DNA of 64,000 nucleotides, from contig CACNXQ010000005.1 in NCBI GenBank assembly GCA_902624455.1, positions 1,340-65,339 on the forward strand, written 5' to 3'. This stretch comes from an uncultured Pelagibacteraceae bacterium. GTDB lineage: Bacteria > Pseudomonadota > Alphaproteobacteria > Pelagibacterales > AG-422-B15. Every line of letters starts with the position of its first letter. Position 1 is the stretch's first letter. Position numbers and translations under genes: made by a program. This document shows, in pieces, positions 10,396 to 18,574 of the stretch. A model generated the notes under the pieces. That model saw only the letters and a list, made by a program, of their open reading frames with translations, was not told the origin of the DNA and searched no databases.

Positions 10396-10431
10396 ATAAA
10401 AAAAAGGAGGGCCAAAATATTGACCCTCCTT
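10396..10431 (-). terminator. Rho-independent terminator/attenuator between aapJ and aapQ
   Basis: On the minus strand: AAGGAGGG-(12-nt loop)-CCCTCCTT followed by a T-run (TTTTTT). It is a GC-rich 8-bp stem in otherwise AT-rich DNA, 33 nt downstream of the aapJ stop. Confidence 0.75.
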
Positions 10432-10464
10432 TACTTAAAGTGATCTTTAAAAATGACTCAGCAA

Positions 10465-11490
10465 TTATCTTGCTGGTGGTGCGTATAATACACCGCCATT
10501 TTTATAAGAAGCATTTGGAGATCCAGCTCTTGCTAAGCCAACAGGAGTGTTTTCTCCAACATGTGTTTCGTATACATCGCCGTAGTTTCCTACCATTGTA
10601 ACGATGTCATAAGACCAACTTTCGCCTAAGTTTAAGCCAGCACCAGTTGCACCTTCTTTTCCACATAGTCTTGCAACTACTGGATTTGAAGTTAAAGCAC
10701 ACTCAGTTTTAGCGTTTGACTTAGTTAGCCCGAACTCTTCAGCTTCAATCATTGCATTCAATGACCATCTTACTACGTCAGCCCAATCTCCATCACCTTC
10801 TCTAACAACAGGACCTAGAGGTTCTTTTGAAATAGTTTCTGGTAATACAACGTGAGCATCTGGATCAGCAAGCTTTGTTCTTTGAGCTGCTAAACCTGAT
10901 TTATCAGTAGTGTAAGTGTCGCAACGACCTTCGTCATAAGCGTTTACAACTTCGTCAGCTTTTTCGAAAACAACTGGCTCATACGCCATGCCATTAGCTC
11001 TGAAAAAGTCAGCCATGTTTAATTCAGTTGTTGTTCCTAGGTTTGTACAAACACTTGCACCGTCTAGTTCCATAGCACTAGAAATGCCAGAGTCTTTTCT
11101 AACCATAAAACCTTGTCCATCATAGAAATTGACACCAGCAAATTCTAAGCCAATTTGCGCGTCACGAGATAATGTCCAAGTTGTGTTTCTTGATAGAACA
11201 TCAATTTCACCTGCTTGAAGAGCAGTAAATCTCTCTTTAGCAGTTAGTGGAACGTATTTTACTTTGTCAGGGTCACCAAAAACAGCAGCAGAAACAGCAC
11301 GGCATACGTCTACATCAATACCGCTCCAGTTACCGTTCTCATCTGGATTTGAAAATCCAGGAACACCTTGACTTACTCCACAATTAAAAAATCCTTGTGA
11401 TTTAACTGTATCAAGAGTACCAGCAAAAGCAGCAGGCATCATTACAATTGAAGCAGTTAAACTTAGGATCCACATTTTAAATGTATTCAT
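10465..11490 (-). CDS. aapJ: General L-amino-acid ABC transporter, periplasmic substrate-binding protein
   Basis: 341 aa. Signal peptide MNTFKMWILSLTASIVMMPAAFAG. Family-3 solute-binding fold with AapJ/BztA/YhdW-like length. Visibly higher GC and biased codon use than its neighbours, which suggests high expression. Confidence 0.9.
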   Translation of the reverse strand: MNTFKMWILSLTASIVMMPAAFAGTLDTVKSQGFFNCGVSQGVPGFSNPDENGNWSGIDVDVCRAVSAAVFGDPDKVKYVPLTAKERFTALQAGEIDVLSRNTTWTLSRDAQIGLEFAGVNFYDGQGFMVRKDSGISSAMELDGASVCTNLGTTTELNMADFFRANGMAYEPVVFEKADEVVNAYDEGRCDTYTTDKSGLAAQRTKLADPDAHVVLPETISKEPLGPVVREGDGDWADVVRWSLNAMIEAEEFGLTKSNAKTECALTSNPVVARLCGKEGATGAGLNLGESWSYDIVTMVGNYGDVYETHVGENTPVGLARAGSPNASYKNGGVLYAPPAR

Positions 11491-11607
11491 AAGTGATTAA
11501 TCCTTTTAATTAATTAATTAAGTGAGAGATATAATCACAAAAACAATTGGTTGAGAAATAGAAAAATATTTTTAAATTTTTATACTATATGTTGTAGTTA
11601 TTATTCT

Positions 11608-12255
11608 TCACTCTACTATAACTCGTGATGCAGTAATCCTAATATCAACTTCATCCATGTCATTAATTATAAGTGATTTAGCATATTCAAAATCATCTTT
11701 GGAAAGTTGTGCAATCAAATCGTCTATACCTTCAACTCCAGCACCACATAGAGAAGCTATGTTACATTGAAGATACCATCTGACCGATTGAATAAGATCT
11801 CTTTTAACACCATCTCCGAACTCATACATATTTGCCACATTATATTGCGCTTCTGGTACTCCTCTTTCAGCTGCAAAGAGATAATACTTGAAAGCCTTTT
11901 TATAATTGGGCCAGAAAACCCAATGATTATCATAATATTCTCCAATCGCATAAGCTGCTCTTGGATCATTTTCATTCTCATATAAATCAGAAAAAATTTC
12001 ATATGCTTTATCATAATTTGAAGTATTTTCACTTACGCAAAAGTCATTTATATCACAAAGATTTAATGATGATGCATCATTGTATAGCAACCCCATGATA
12101 TATTTCGCATCTTGATTGCCATTGGTTACTAGCATATTTAATTTATCTATTGCTTCTTTTTTTTGACCACTCATAAAAAGGTCATAAAAATTATTAGAAG
12201 CCTGTAAAGGTTGAATAAGGATTAAAAGAAAACTAAGAATTATAAAATTTTTCAT
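11608..12255 (-). CDS. Secreted Sel1-like repeat (SLR/TPR) protein
   Basis: 215 aa from the first ATG downstream of tRNA-Arg. Signal peptide MKNFIILSFLLILIQPLQA. Sel1 repeats seen (AAYAIGEYY..., VPEAQYNVANMYEFGDGVKRDLIQSVRWY). The track ORF (to 12297) runs into the tRNA and is too long. Confidence 0.7.
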   Translation of the reverse strand: MKNFIILSFLLILIQPLQASNNFYDLFMSGQKKEAIDKLNMLVTNGNQDAKYIMGLLYNDASSLNLCDINDFCVSENTSNYDKAYEIFSDLYENENDPRAAYAIGEYYDNHWVFWPNYKKAFKYYLFAAERGVPEAQYNVANMYEFGDGVKRDLIQSVRWYLQCNIASLCGAGVEGIDDLIAQLSKDDFEYAKSLIINDMDEVDIRITASRVIVE

Positions 12256-12262
12256 CGTCAGT

Positions 12263-12339
12263 TGGCGCGCCCGAGAGGATTCGAACCTCTGACCCACAGC
12301 TTAGAAGGCTGTTGCTCTATCCAGCTGAGCTACGGGCGC
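12263..12339 (-). tRNA. tRNA-Arg (TCT)
   Basis: Reverse complement GCGCCCGTAGCTCAGCTGGATAGAGCAACAGCCTTCTAAGCTGTGGGTCAGAGGTTCGAATCCTCTCGGGCGCGCCA. Complete cloverleaf, anticodon loop CTTCTAA. Confidence 0.94.
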
Positions 12340-12618
12340 TTATTTAAAATTATCTGCGTAAGATTTAGTTATAACTTTCCTTTCTGAGGATTCAAGTACA
12401 ACGTATTCTATATCATTTCTTTTTGCGTAATTTACAGCGTCTTCTTTTGTATCAAATTTTAATTCAACTTGAGAGATTGTGTTTGAACCACCATTCCAGC
12501 CCATTAGACTGTCTTTTTTTTGATTACGATTATTATTAAACTTCAGAACCCATTTATTAAACTTTGATCGTCCTGACTGCATTGCAGTTTTAGAAGGTTT
12601 ATAAATTTTTGCCTTCAT
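12340..12618 (-). CDS. NDUFS4-like (ETC complex I 18-kDa subunit family) protein
   Basis: 92 aa. KIYKPSKTAMQSGRSK...W.L.F......D.LMGW... SYADNF matches the conserved alphaproteobacterial/mitochondrial NDUFS4 core as I recall it. Confidence 0.8.
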   Translation of the reverse strand: MKAKIYKPSKTAMQSGRSKFNKWVLKFNNNRNQKKDSLMGWNGGSNTISQVELKFDTKEDAVNYAKRNDIEYVVLESSERKVITKSYADNFK

Positions 12619-12624
12619 AACAAA

Positions 12625-13494
12625 TTAGTTTGATCCATCTAATTGCAATAAATCTTTGTAAAGATCTGTTCTTCTGTCTCTGAAAACGCCCCATACATTT
12701 CTTAAATTTTCTGCTTCATCTAGGTTAATGTTGCCAATTAAAATTTCCTCTTTATCTCGGCTAGCCTCAGCAATTTTGTCTCCGACATGATTTGTAATAA
12801 ACGATCTACCATAAAAATAATTTGAAATTTCATGTCCTTCTTCAGTCCCAATTCTATTAGAAGCCACAACAGGAATTTGATTTGACGCGGAGTGACCAAT
12901 CATAGCTCTTTGCCACATATCTGAACTATCAAATCCGTCATCTTCTGGTTCACCACCAATAGCAGTTGGATATAGTAAAACTTCTGCCCCTTTGAGCGCC
13001 ATAATTCTTGCTGCTTCTGGAAACCACTGATCCCAGCAAATACCAATACCAATTTTTGCATACGCAGTGTTCCAGACTTTAAAACCTGTATCACCTGGAT
13101 TAAAATAAAATTTTTCTTGGTACCCAGGACCATCTGGAATATGAGATTTTCTGTACTTACCTAATATATTTCCATCTGCATTGATAACTGCAATTGCGTT
13201 GTAATGGGCTCTATTAGCTTTTTCAAAAAAACTGATAGGAATAACAACTTTTAATTCAGCAGCAAGTTTTGACATTCTTTCTAACGTTGGATGGCCATCA
13301 AATGGTTTTGATAGTCCAAAAAGTTCTTCTTTTTGATCCATACAAAAATAGGTTGATTCAAACAATTCTTGAATGAGAATAATTTGTGCTCCCTGACTAG
13401 ATGCATCTCTAATTAATTTTTCTGCTTTGTCGACATTTTCCGAGGTATCTTTTGAACATGTCATTTGTGTTGCTGCTAAAGTAACTTCTCTCAT
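12625..13494 (-). CDS. aguB: N-carbamoylputrescine amidase (CN-hydrolase family)
   Basis: The start is taken at [11 protein letters not shown], whose ATG shares 1 nt with the aguA stop. Nitrilase-superfamily catalytic context IQELF (Glu), YRKSHIP (Lys), GICWDQWFPE (Cys). Confidence 0.88.
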   Translation of the reverse strand: MREVTLAATQMTCSKDTSENVDKAEKLIRDASSQGAQIILIQELFESTYFCMDQKEELFGLSKPFDGHPTLERMSKLAAELKVVIPISFFEKANRAHYNAIAVINADGNILGKYRKSHIPDGPGYQEKFYFNPGDTGFKVWNTAYAKIGIGICWDQWFPEAARIMALKGAEVLLYPTAIGGEPEDDGFDSSDMWQRAMIGHSASNQIPVVASNRIGTEEGHEISNYFYGRSFITNHVGDKIAEASRDKEEILIGNINLDEAENLRNVWGVFRDRRTDLYKDLLQLDGSN

Positions 13495-14528
13495 TACAAA
13501 CTCCTTGGTTGTTGTTGTGTTATACAATGTATGTTTCCACCACCTAATAGTATATCACGACCATCAAGACATACAATTTGTCTATTTTGAAATTGAGATT
13601 CTAGTATTTTTTTAGCATTTTCATCCGCAGGTTCATCACCAAATATAGGAAGGATAATTGCATTATTTGAGATGTAAAAGTTAATGTAAGAACTTGGCTC
13701 ATCATCATTTGGAATAAGTCTTTTTTTAGACATTTCTAATTCAATTATATTTATTGGATTTCCATCTTGATCAGTTGATGTTCTTAAAATTTCCAAATTC
13801 TCAGATAATAAATCATAGTAAGAGTCGCTCTTATCGTTACAAGTCATAGTTAATATAGTATTTGAATTTGAAAAACATGCCACATTGTCTACATGACCGT
13901 CCGTACCTTCGTCTGTGCCATGTTTTAACCAGATAATTTTACTCACACCAAAATAATCTTTTAAATTTTTTTCAATCTGTTCTTTAGACAATTCTGGATT
14001 TCTATTTTTATTAAGCAAACATTGTTCAGTCGTTATCATGGTTCCTTTTCCATTCACATTAATGGAACCTCCTTCTAAAACCATATTGTTTTTGAAATAC
14101 TTAGAATTTGTTTTTTCAATCATGAACTTCGCAACTTTATCATCAAGCTCAAAATTTTCCTTATAACCCCAGCAATTAAAATCAGAGTCCACCCCACCTA
14201 ATTCATTTTTATCATTTAATAAAAAGATTGCACCCGTGTCTCTGCACCAGGCGTCATTTATTGGTAACTCTAAAATTTCAACATTGTTATTTAATAAATT
14301 AATCGCACTTTCTCGATCATTTGGATGAACAATCATTTTTAATGTTTCAAATTGACTAATTGTATTTGCAACATTAGCCCATGCAATTCTTCCTTTATCT
14401 AAATCAAAATGAGACCATGACGGTGTTACATCAGATGGAAATGTTTCTGTTGGCCACTGCATCCAACAACATTCGTGAGGGTGCCACTCTGGTGGCATAT
14501 AGAATTGATTTTCAAGAGGTGTTGTCAT
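13494..14528 (-). CDS. aguA: Agmatine deiminase
   Basis: 344 aa. N-terminal [19 protein letters not shown]-terminal catalytic-Cys context [13 protein letters not shown] typical of the PAD_porph/agmatine deiminase family. Confidence 0.9.
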   Translation of the reverse strand: MTTPLENQFYMPPEWHPHECCWMQWPTETFPSDVTPSWSHFDLDKGRIAWANVANTISQFETLKMIVHPNDRESAINLLNNNVEILELPINDAWCRDTGAIFLLNDKNELGGVDSDFNCWGYKENFELDDKVAKFMIEKTNSKYFKNNMVLEGGSINVNGKGTMITTEQCLLNKNRNPELSKEQIEKNLKDYFGVSKIIWLKHGTDEGTDGHVDNVACFSNSNTILTMTCNDKSDSYYDLLSENLEILRTSTDQDGNPINIIELEMSKKRLIPNDDEPSSYINFYISNNAIILPIFGDEPADENAKKILESQFQNRQIVCLDGRDILLGGGNIHCITQQQPRSL

Positions 14529-14538
14529 AATTTACAAA

Positions 14539-14615
<77 letters not shown>

Positions 14616-14655
14616 AAACGAATGAAATGTATATAATATAGATGCAATCATCAAT

Positions 14656-15606
14656 CTATTTAAAAAATTCGAGCAAAATTTCGTTTACCTGATCTGGTTT
14701 TTCTTGTTGAACCCAGTGACCACAATCATTAATTGAGTGATTTCCCTCTAAATTTTCATACAAGCTCTTATTAATAGGAGCCCATTTTCCCACAGGATCA
14801 TTTGCACCAGTTATAAAACATGTAGGTGTAGAGATTTTCTTTGCATGAGTATCTTTTGTTATTTCCCAATTACGATCGATGTTTCTATACCAATTGATCG
14901 GTCCTCTCATTCCGTGTGATGAAAACTCGGTTACGTAAAAATCAAAATCGTTTTGACTCATAAAGTATGGGAATGCATGTCCTTCACCAAGTGATTTAAG
15001 AAAAGTCATATCTTTTGAAAACGGTACAGGTTCAAAAGTTTCGACTTTATTTTCACCCGAAGATATAGATCCATAGACTGCTAACAAAGATTTTTTCATA
15101 TCCAATTCTAATTCTTTCTCTACTAAACCTTCTTTTTGGAAGTAAAGCATATAAAAAAATATATCTTTGAATAAAAATTTCATTGTTTCAATTGGCGGCA
15201 TTTGTGAAACTGTATGAGGTACGCTCATACCACATACTTTTTTTACTCTATTTTCATAATACAGAGATGTATGCCAAGCTACTGGAGCTCCCCAGTCGTG
15301 TCCAACTATATTAAATTGATCAAAACCTAAATAATCTGCTATTGCAATTATGTCAGATGATAATTTTAGTACATCATAATCTGAAACTTCTTCAGGTTTT
15401 GAAGATCCTCCATATCCTCTCATATCTGGTGATGCAACTGTATATCCTATACTTGAAAAAAATTTTATTTGATGTCTCCACGAGTACCAAGACTCTGGCC
15501 AACCATGTATAAAGATTATCAATGGCCCTGAGCCTTCTATATACGTATTTATATTTACGTCTTTGTTTTGTATTATTTTAAAGTTTGACTTATCAAATTT
15601 CATCAT
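14656..15606 (-). CDS. Alpha/beta hydrolase, epoxide-hydrolase/dehalogenase-like (Asp nucleophile type)
   Basis: 316 aa. HGWPESWYSW oxyanion motif and VGHDWGAPVAW nucleophile elbow. C-terminal His context GHWVQQEKP. Its start overlaps the stop of the upstream thioesterase (ATGATGA). Confidence 0.85.
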   Translation of the reverse strand: MMKFDKSNFKIIQNKDVNINTYIEGSGPLIIFIHGWPESWYSWRHQIKFFSSIGYTVASPDMRGYGGSSKPEEVSDYDVLKLSSDIIAIADYLGFDQFNIVGHDWGAPVAWHTSLYYENRVKKVCGMSVPHTVSQMPPIETMKFLFKDIFFYMLYFQKEGLVEKELELDMKKSLLAVYGSISSGENKVETFEPVPFSKDMTFLKSLGEGHAFPYFMSQNDFDFYVTEFSSHGMRGPINWYRNIDRNWEITKDTHAKKISTPTCFITGANDPVGKWAPINKSLYENLEGNHSINDCGHWVQQEKPDQVNEILLEFFK

Positions 15607-16037
15607 GAAGGATCGTCTTTGCCACGGTTTCTTAATATTTTGAAAATACCATCTGACGTGAAAATAACATCTTGATTAATATATAATTTACAATTTATAA
15701 ATAGTACACTTTGAGTGGATCTAATGATTTCAGCAAACCCATAAACCCAAGATCCTTTTGGAGCGGGCCCAATATAGTTGGCATTTAATTTTGCAGTTAA
15801 ACAAGGAAATGAGTCTTTCTTCCAAGCAGTATAACCCATTATCCCATCAGCAAATGATATTAATGTACCTCCGTGGGCAATTCCCGCTTTATTGCAATTT
15901 ACTTCATTTACTTCAAACCCTTTGTAAAAAATGCCATCACGCTCAAGATTATATAAGAAACCATTATTCTTTGAGAATGGTCCAGGATCATCGTCTAAAA
16001 TGTAATTTTTCTTGTTTGAAAGTATCTCAAAATCCAT
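15603..16037 (-). CDS. PaaI/hotdog-fold acyl-CoA thioesterase
   Basis: GIAHGGTLISFADGIMG hotdog thioesterase motif. I place the start at the ATG (MDFEILS...) at 16035-16037. The track start at 16085 is a TTG that adds a hydrophobic extension and runs up to the divergent riboswitch. Confidence 0.72.
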   Translation of the reverse strand: MDFEILSNKKNYILDDDPGPFSKNNGFLYNLERDGIFYKGFEVNEVNCNKAGIAHGGTLISFADGIMGYTAWKKDSFPCLTAKLNANYIGPAPKGSWVYGFAEIIRSTQSVLFINCKLYINQDVIFTSDGIFKILRNRGKDDPS

Positions 16038-16084
16038 GAATAAAATTATATTTGAAAAAAGACATATATATACATATATTTTCA

Positions 16085-16162
16085 ATATACGGGGAGCTTT
16101 AGCTGAGAGGTTTCGCTGAGAAACGACCCATAACCTGATCTAGATAATGCTAGCGGAGGAAT
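16085..16162 (+). promoter_or_regulatory. TPP (THI-box) riboswitch
   Basis: acGGGGAGCtttaGCTGAGAGgtttcgctgagaaacgACCCataACCTGATCTAGATAATGCTAGCGGAGGAAttt matches the conserved THI-element cores (GGGG.GC, CUGAGA, ACCC, AACCUGAUC.GGAUAAUGCC.GCG.AGGGAA). Its 3' end contains the GGAGGA Shine-Dalgarno of thiB. Confidence 0.92.
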
Positions 16163-16164
16163 TT

Positions 16165-17061
16165 ATGATCAAAAAAATTATTTTTTCATTTTTTATTTTA
16201 TTTCACACTTCAGTTTTTGCTGAAGATATTTTGACAGTTGGAACATATGACTCATTTGCAGCCGACTGGGGTCCTGGACCCGATATAGAAGATGGATTTG
16301 AAAAAATTTGTAACTGCGATCTACAATTCATTGCAACATCTCAAGCGGGTTCATTAAGCAGTGATATATTCGTTAAAGGCAAAGATGTCATTCTAGGCGT
16401 AGAACACAATGATTTTGATACTTCTTATGATGATAATCTATGGGCCTTTTATGATTATGGATACTTTGCATTCATCTATGATAGTTCAAAACTCAATAAT
16501 CCACCAAAATCTATGGATGACTTAATAAATCGAAATGATCTTAAAATCGTAGTACAAGATCCACGAACAAGTCCTGTAGGCATGGGTTTATTAAGGTGGA
16601 TGAAATCTATATTTGGAGATGAATATCAATATAAGATGAATAAATTTGATAAAAACGTCGTCACTTATACTCCAGGATGGACTGAAGCATATGGAATGTT
16701 CTTAGAGGGTAATGCTGACATTGTACTGAGTTATAGCACCTCTCCCTTTTATCACCAAGAATATGAAGATGAAAGTAAATATCAAGCATTGATTTTTGAA
16801 GAAGGACATTTGCCAACTAAGGAAGTAGTTTATGTAAGAAATGAGGCGACAAATAAAGAATTGGGTCAGCAGTTTATTAATTTCCTATTGAAAAAACAAA
16901 TTCAGGAAATAATTGCTCAAAAAAATATTATGTATCCAGTAAACGAAGAGGCTATACCACAAAAAATGAAGTCTTTAATTAAGCCTGTTGAAATTAATTA
17001 TGTTAAAAACTTAAATGCAAAAGAATTAGTAGATGAGTGGCTTGAAATTGTAACTAAATAA
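16165..17061 (+). CDS. thiB: Thiamine/thiamine-precursor ABC transporter substrate-binding protein (ThiB-like)
   Basis: Start at the ATG 5 nt after GGAGGA (MIKKIIFSFFILFHTSVFA, signal peptide). The track start at 16147 lies inside the riboswitch. ThiB/FbpA-type periplasmic binding protein of about 298 aa, directly downstream of the TPP riboswitch. Confidence 0.8.
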   Translation: MIKKIIFSFFILFHTSVFAEDILTVGTYDSFAADWGPGPDIEDGFEKICNCDLQFIATSQAGSLSSDIFVKGKDVILGVEHNDFDTSYDDNLWAFYDYGYFAFIYDSSKLNNPPKSMDDLINRNDLKIVVQDPRTSPVGMGLLRWMKSIFGDEYQYKMNKFDKNVVTYTPGWTEAYGMFLEGNADIVLSYSTSPFYHQEYEDESKYQALIFEEGHLPTKEVVYVRNEATNKELGQQFINFLLKKQIQEIIAQKNIMYPVNEEAIPQKMKSLIKPVEINYVKNLNAKELVDEWLEIVTK

Positions 17062-17062
17062 A

Positions 17063-18574
17063 TTGCAAAATATTAAATCAGTATTAACAACTTCTATTAT
17101 TATCGTTTCACTAATAATACCTCTCATAGGTATTTGTTTACTTTATGATCCAAATATAAAATTTGAGATTACTAATTATATTATTTCAATCACTATATTT
17201 ACAATATATCAATCATTTCTCTCTGCTTTAATATCTTTAATTATAGGTTCGATATTTGCGTATTACTTAAAAAGAAATAGTGAAGTTGGAATTATCAAAC
17301 TAATTGTAAATCTTTTGTCAATTTTGTTTGTAATGCCGACAATCATTATTGTTTTAGGAATGCTCTCTTTTTTCAATTCATTTACAAATATTTATGGGCC
17401 TTTTGGCATTGTTTTTTGTCACGTAATATTAAATTTGCCCCTTGCAACAAGAATTATTTATCAATCACTGAATGATATAAGTGGCAATGAATATATATTG
17501 GCCGAACAAATGGGGCTTAAAAAATTTGAAACTTTTCTTGCAACAGAATGGCAAATCATAAAAAAAAATGCTCCTAGCTTATTTGCGCTTATTTTTTTTA
17601 TATGCTTCGTAAGTTTTACGCCTGTTTTGATTTTAGGTGGATCACCCAAATACTCAACCATTGAAGTGTCAATTTATCAATCAGTTGTATTTTTAAATAA
17701 TTATAATACAGCTTTTTATCTTTTAATATTGCAATTACTGATTTGTAGTATCATTTTTTTTCTTACATTTAAAAATTTTAAAAGTGAAAATTTTTTTCTA
17801 GATGACAGAAAAATTCATTTAAAAAATGAACTACCTTTTAGAAATAAATTTACGGATTATTCTATTATTATTTTTATTTCTTTAACACTTTTCATCTCTC
17901 CAATTGCGATTTTTTTCAGAGGAATAAATTTAAAATTCTTTGAAGTCTTTAGCTCAAACTATTTTCTATCTTCATTGTCAGATACATTCTTAATTTGCTT
18001 TGGCGCAGGAATACTATCGCTATTATTTACATTAAACATTCTTCAGATTTTAGATAAATCAAAAAAAAGTTATGAATATTTGCTTTATATATTTTTGGTA
18101 TTATCTCCTGGTATTGTTTCAGTGGGGTATTATGTTGTTATAAATAATTTTCTTCATTTAAGTGTACCAAGCATTTTAATTGTAATCATAATAAATTCTC
18201 TATTCTCTCTACCTTTTACTTATAACTATTTATCTCCATCTTATTTTCGAGTAAGTAGAGAGCACAATGATATCTCTGCGAGCTTAAATATATATGGTTG
18301 GAAAAAGACATTTTTATTAGACTGGCCAAGACTAAAAGTCCCGATAATTAACGCTTTTTGTATATCTTCAGTACTTTCAGCTAGCGATCTAGTCATTATA
18401 TCATTTTTTGGCACTAATGACTTGTCAACACTAACTCAAACCATATATAGACTGATGGGTAGCTACAGAATGGATGAGGCTTATGCTTTGACAATGATCC
18501 TTTTTTTATTCTGTTTTTTTTATTTTAGCTTTTTTAGAATTTTATTTGTAAGGAAAAATGGAACACTCACTTAA
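17063..18574 (+). CDS. thiP: Thiamine ABC transporter permease, fused two-domain type (ThiP-like)
   Basis: 503 aa, very hydrophobic, duplicated permease architecture like ThiP/FbpB. It starts at TTG 1 nt after the thiB stop. The first in-frame ATG is about 90 codons downstream. Confidence 0.78.
   Translation: MQNIKSVLTTSIIIVSLIIPLIGICLLYDPNIKFEITNYIISITIFTIYQSFLSALISLIIGSIFAYYLKRNSEVGIIKLIVNLLSILFVMPTIIIVLGMLSFFNSFTNIYGPFGIVFCHVILNLPLATRIIYQSLNDISGNEYILAEQMGLKKFETFLATEWQIIKKNAPSLFALIFFICFVSFTPVLILGGSPKYSTIEVSIYQSVVFLNNYNTAFYLLILQLLICSIIFFLTFKNFKSENFFLDDRKIHLKNELPFRNKFTDYSIIIFISLTLFISPIAIFFRGINLKFFEVFSSNYFLSSLSDTFLICFGAGILSLLFTLNILQILDKSKKSYEYLLYIFLVLSPGIVSVGYYVVINNFLHLSVPSILIVIIINSLFSLPFTYNYLSPSYFRVSREHNDISASLNIYGWKKTFLLDWPRLKVPIINAFCISSVLSASDLVIISFFGTNDLSTLTQTIYRLMGSYRMDEAYALTMILFLFCFFYFSFFRILFVRKNGTLT

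Noticed and set aside
12256-12297. N-terminal extension of the Sel1-repeat ORF (track start 12297). Likewise the extension of the esterase ORF to 61791.
   Set aside because: Both extensions are translations of tRNA-Arg and tRNA-Ser sequence. The first ATG after each tRNA gives a sensible N-terminus (a signal peptide in the Sel1 case).
16147-16164. Track start of the thiB ORF at 16147, and the TTG start of the divergent thioesterase at 16085.
   Set aside because: 16147 lies inside the conserved core of the TPP riboswitch (ATGCTAGCGGAGGAA). The ATG at 16165 has ideal spacing from the GGAGGA. The thioesterase TTG start adds a hydrophobic tail abutting the riboswitch, and the ATG at 16037 is more plausible.
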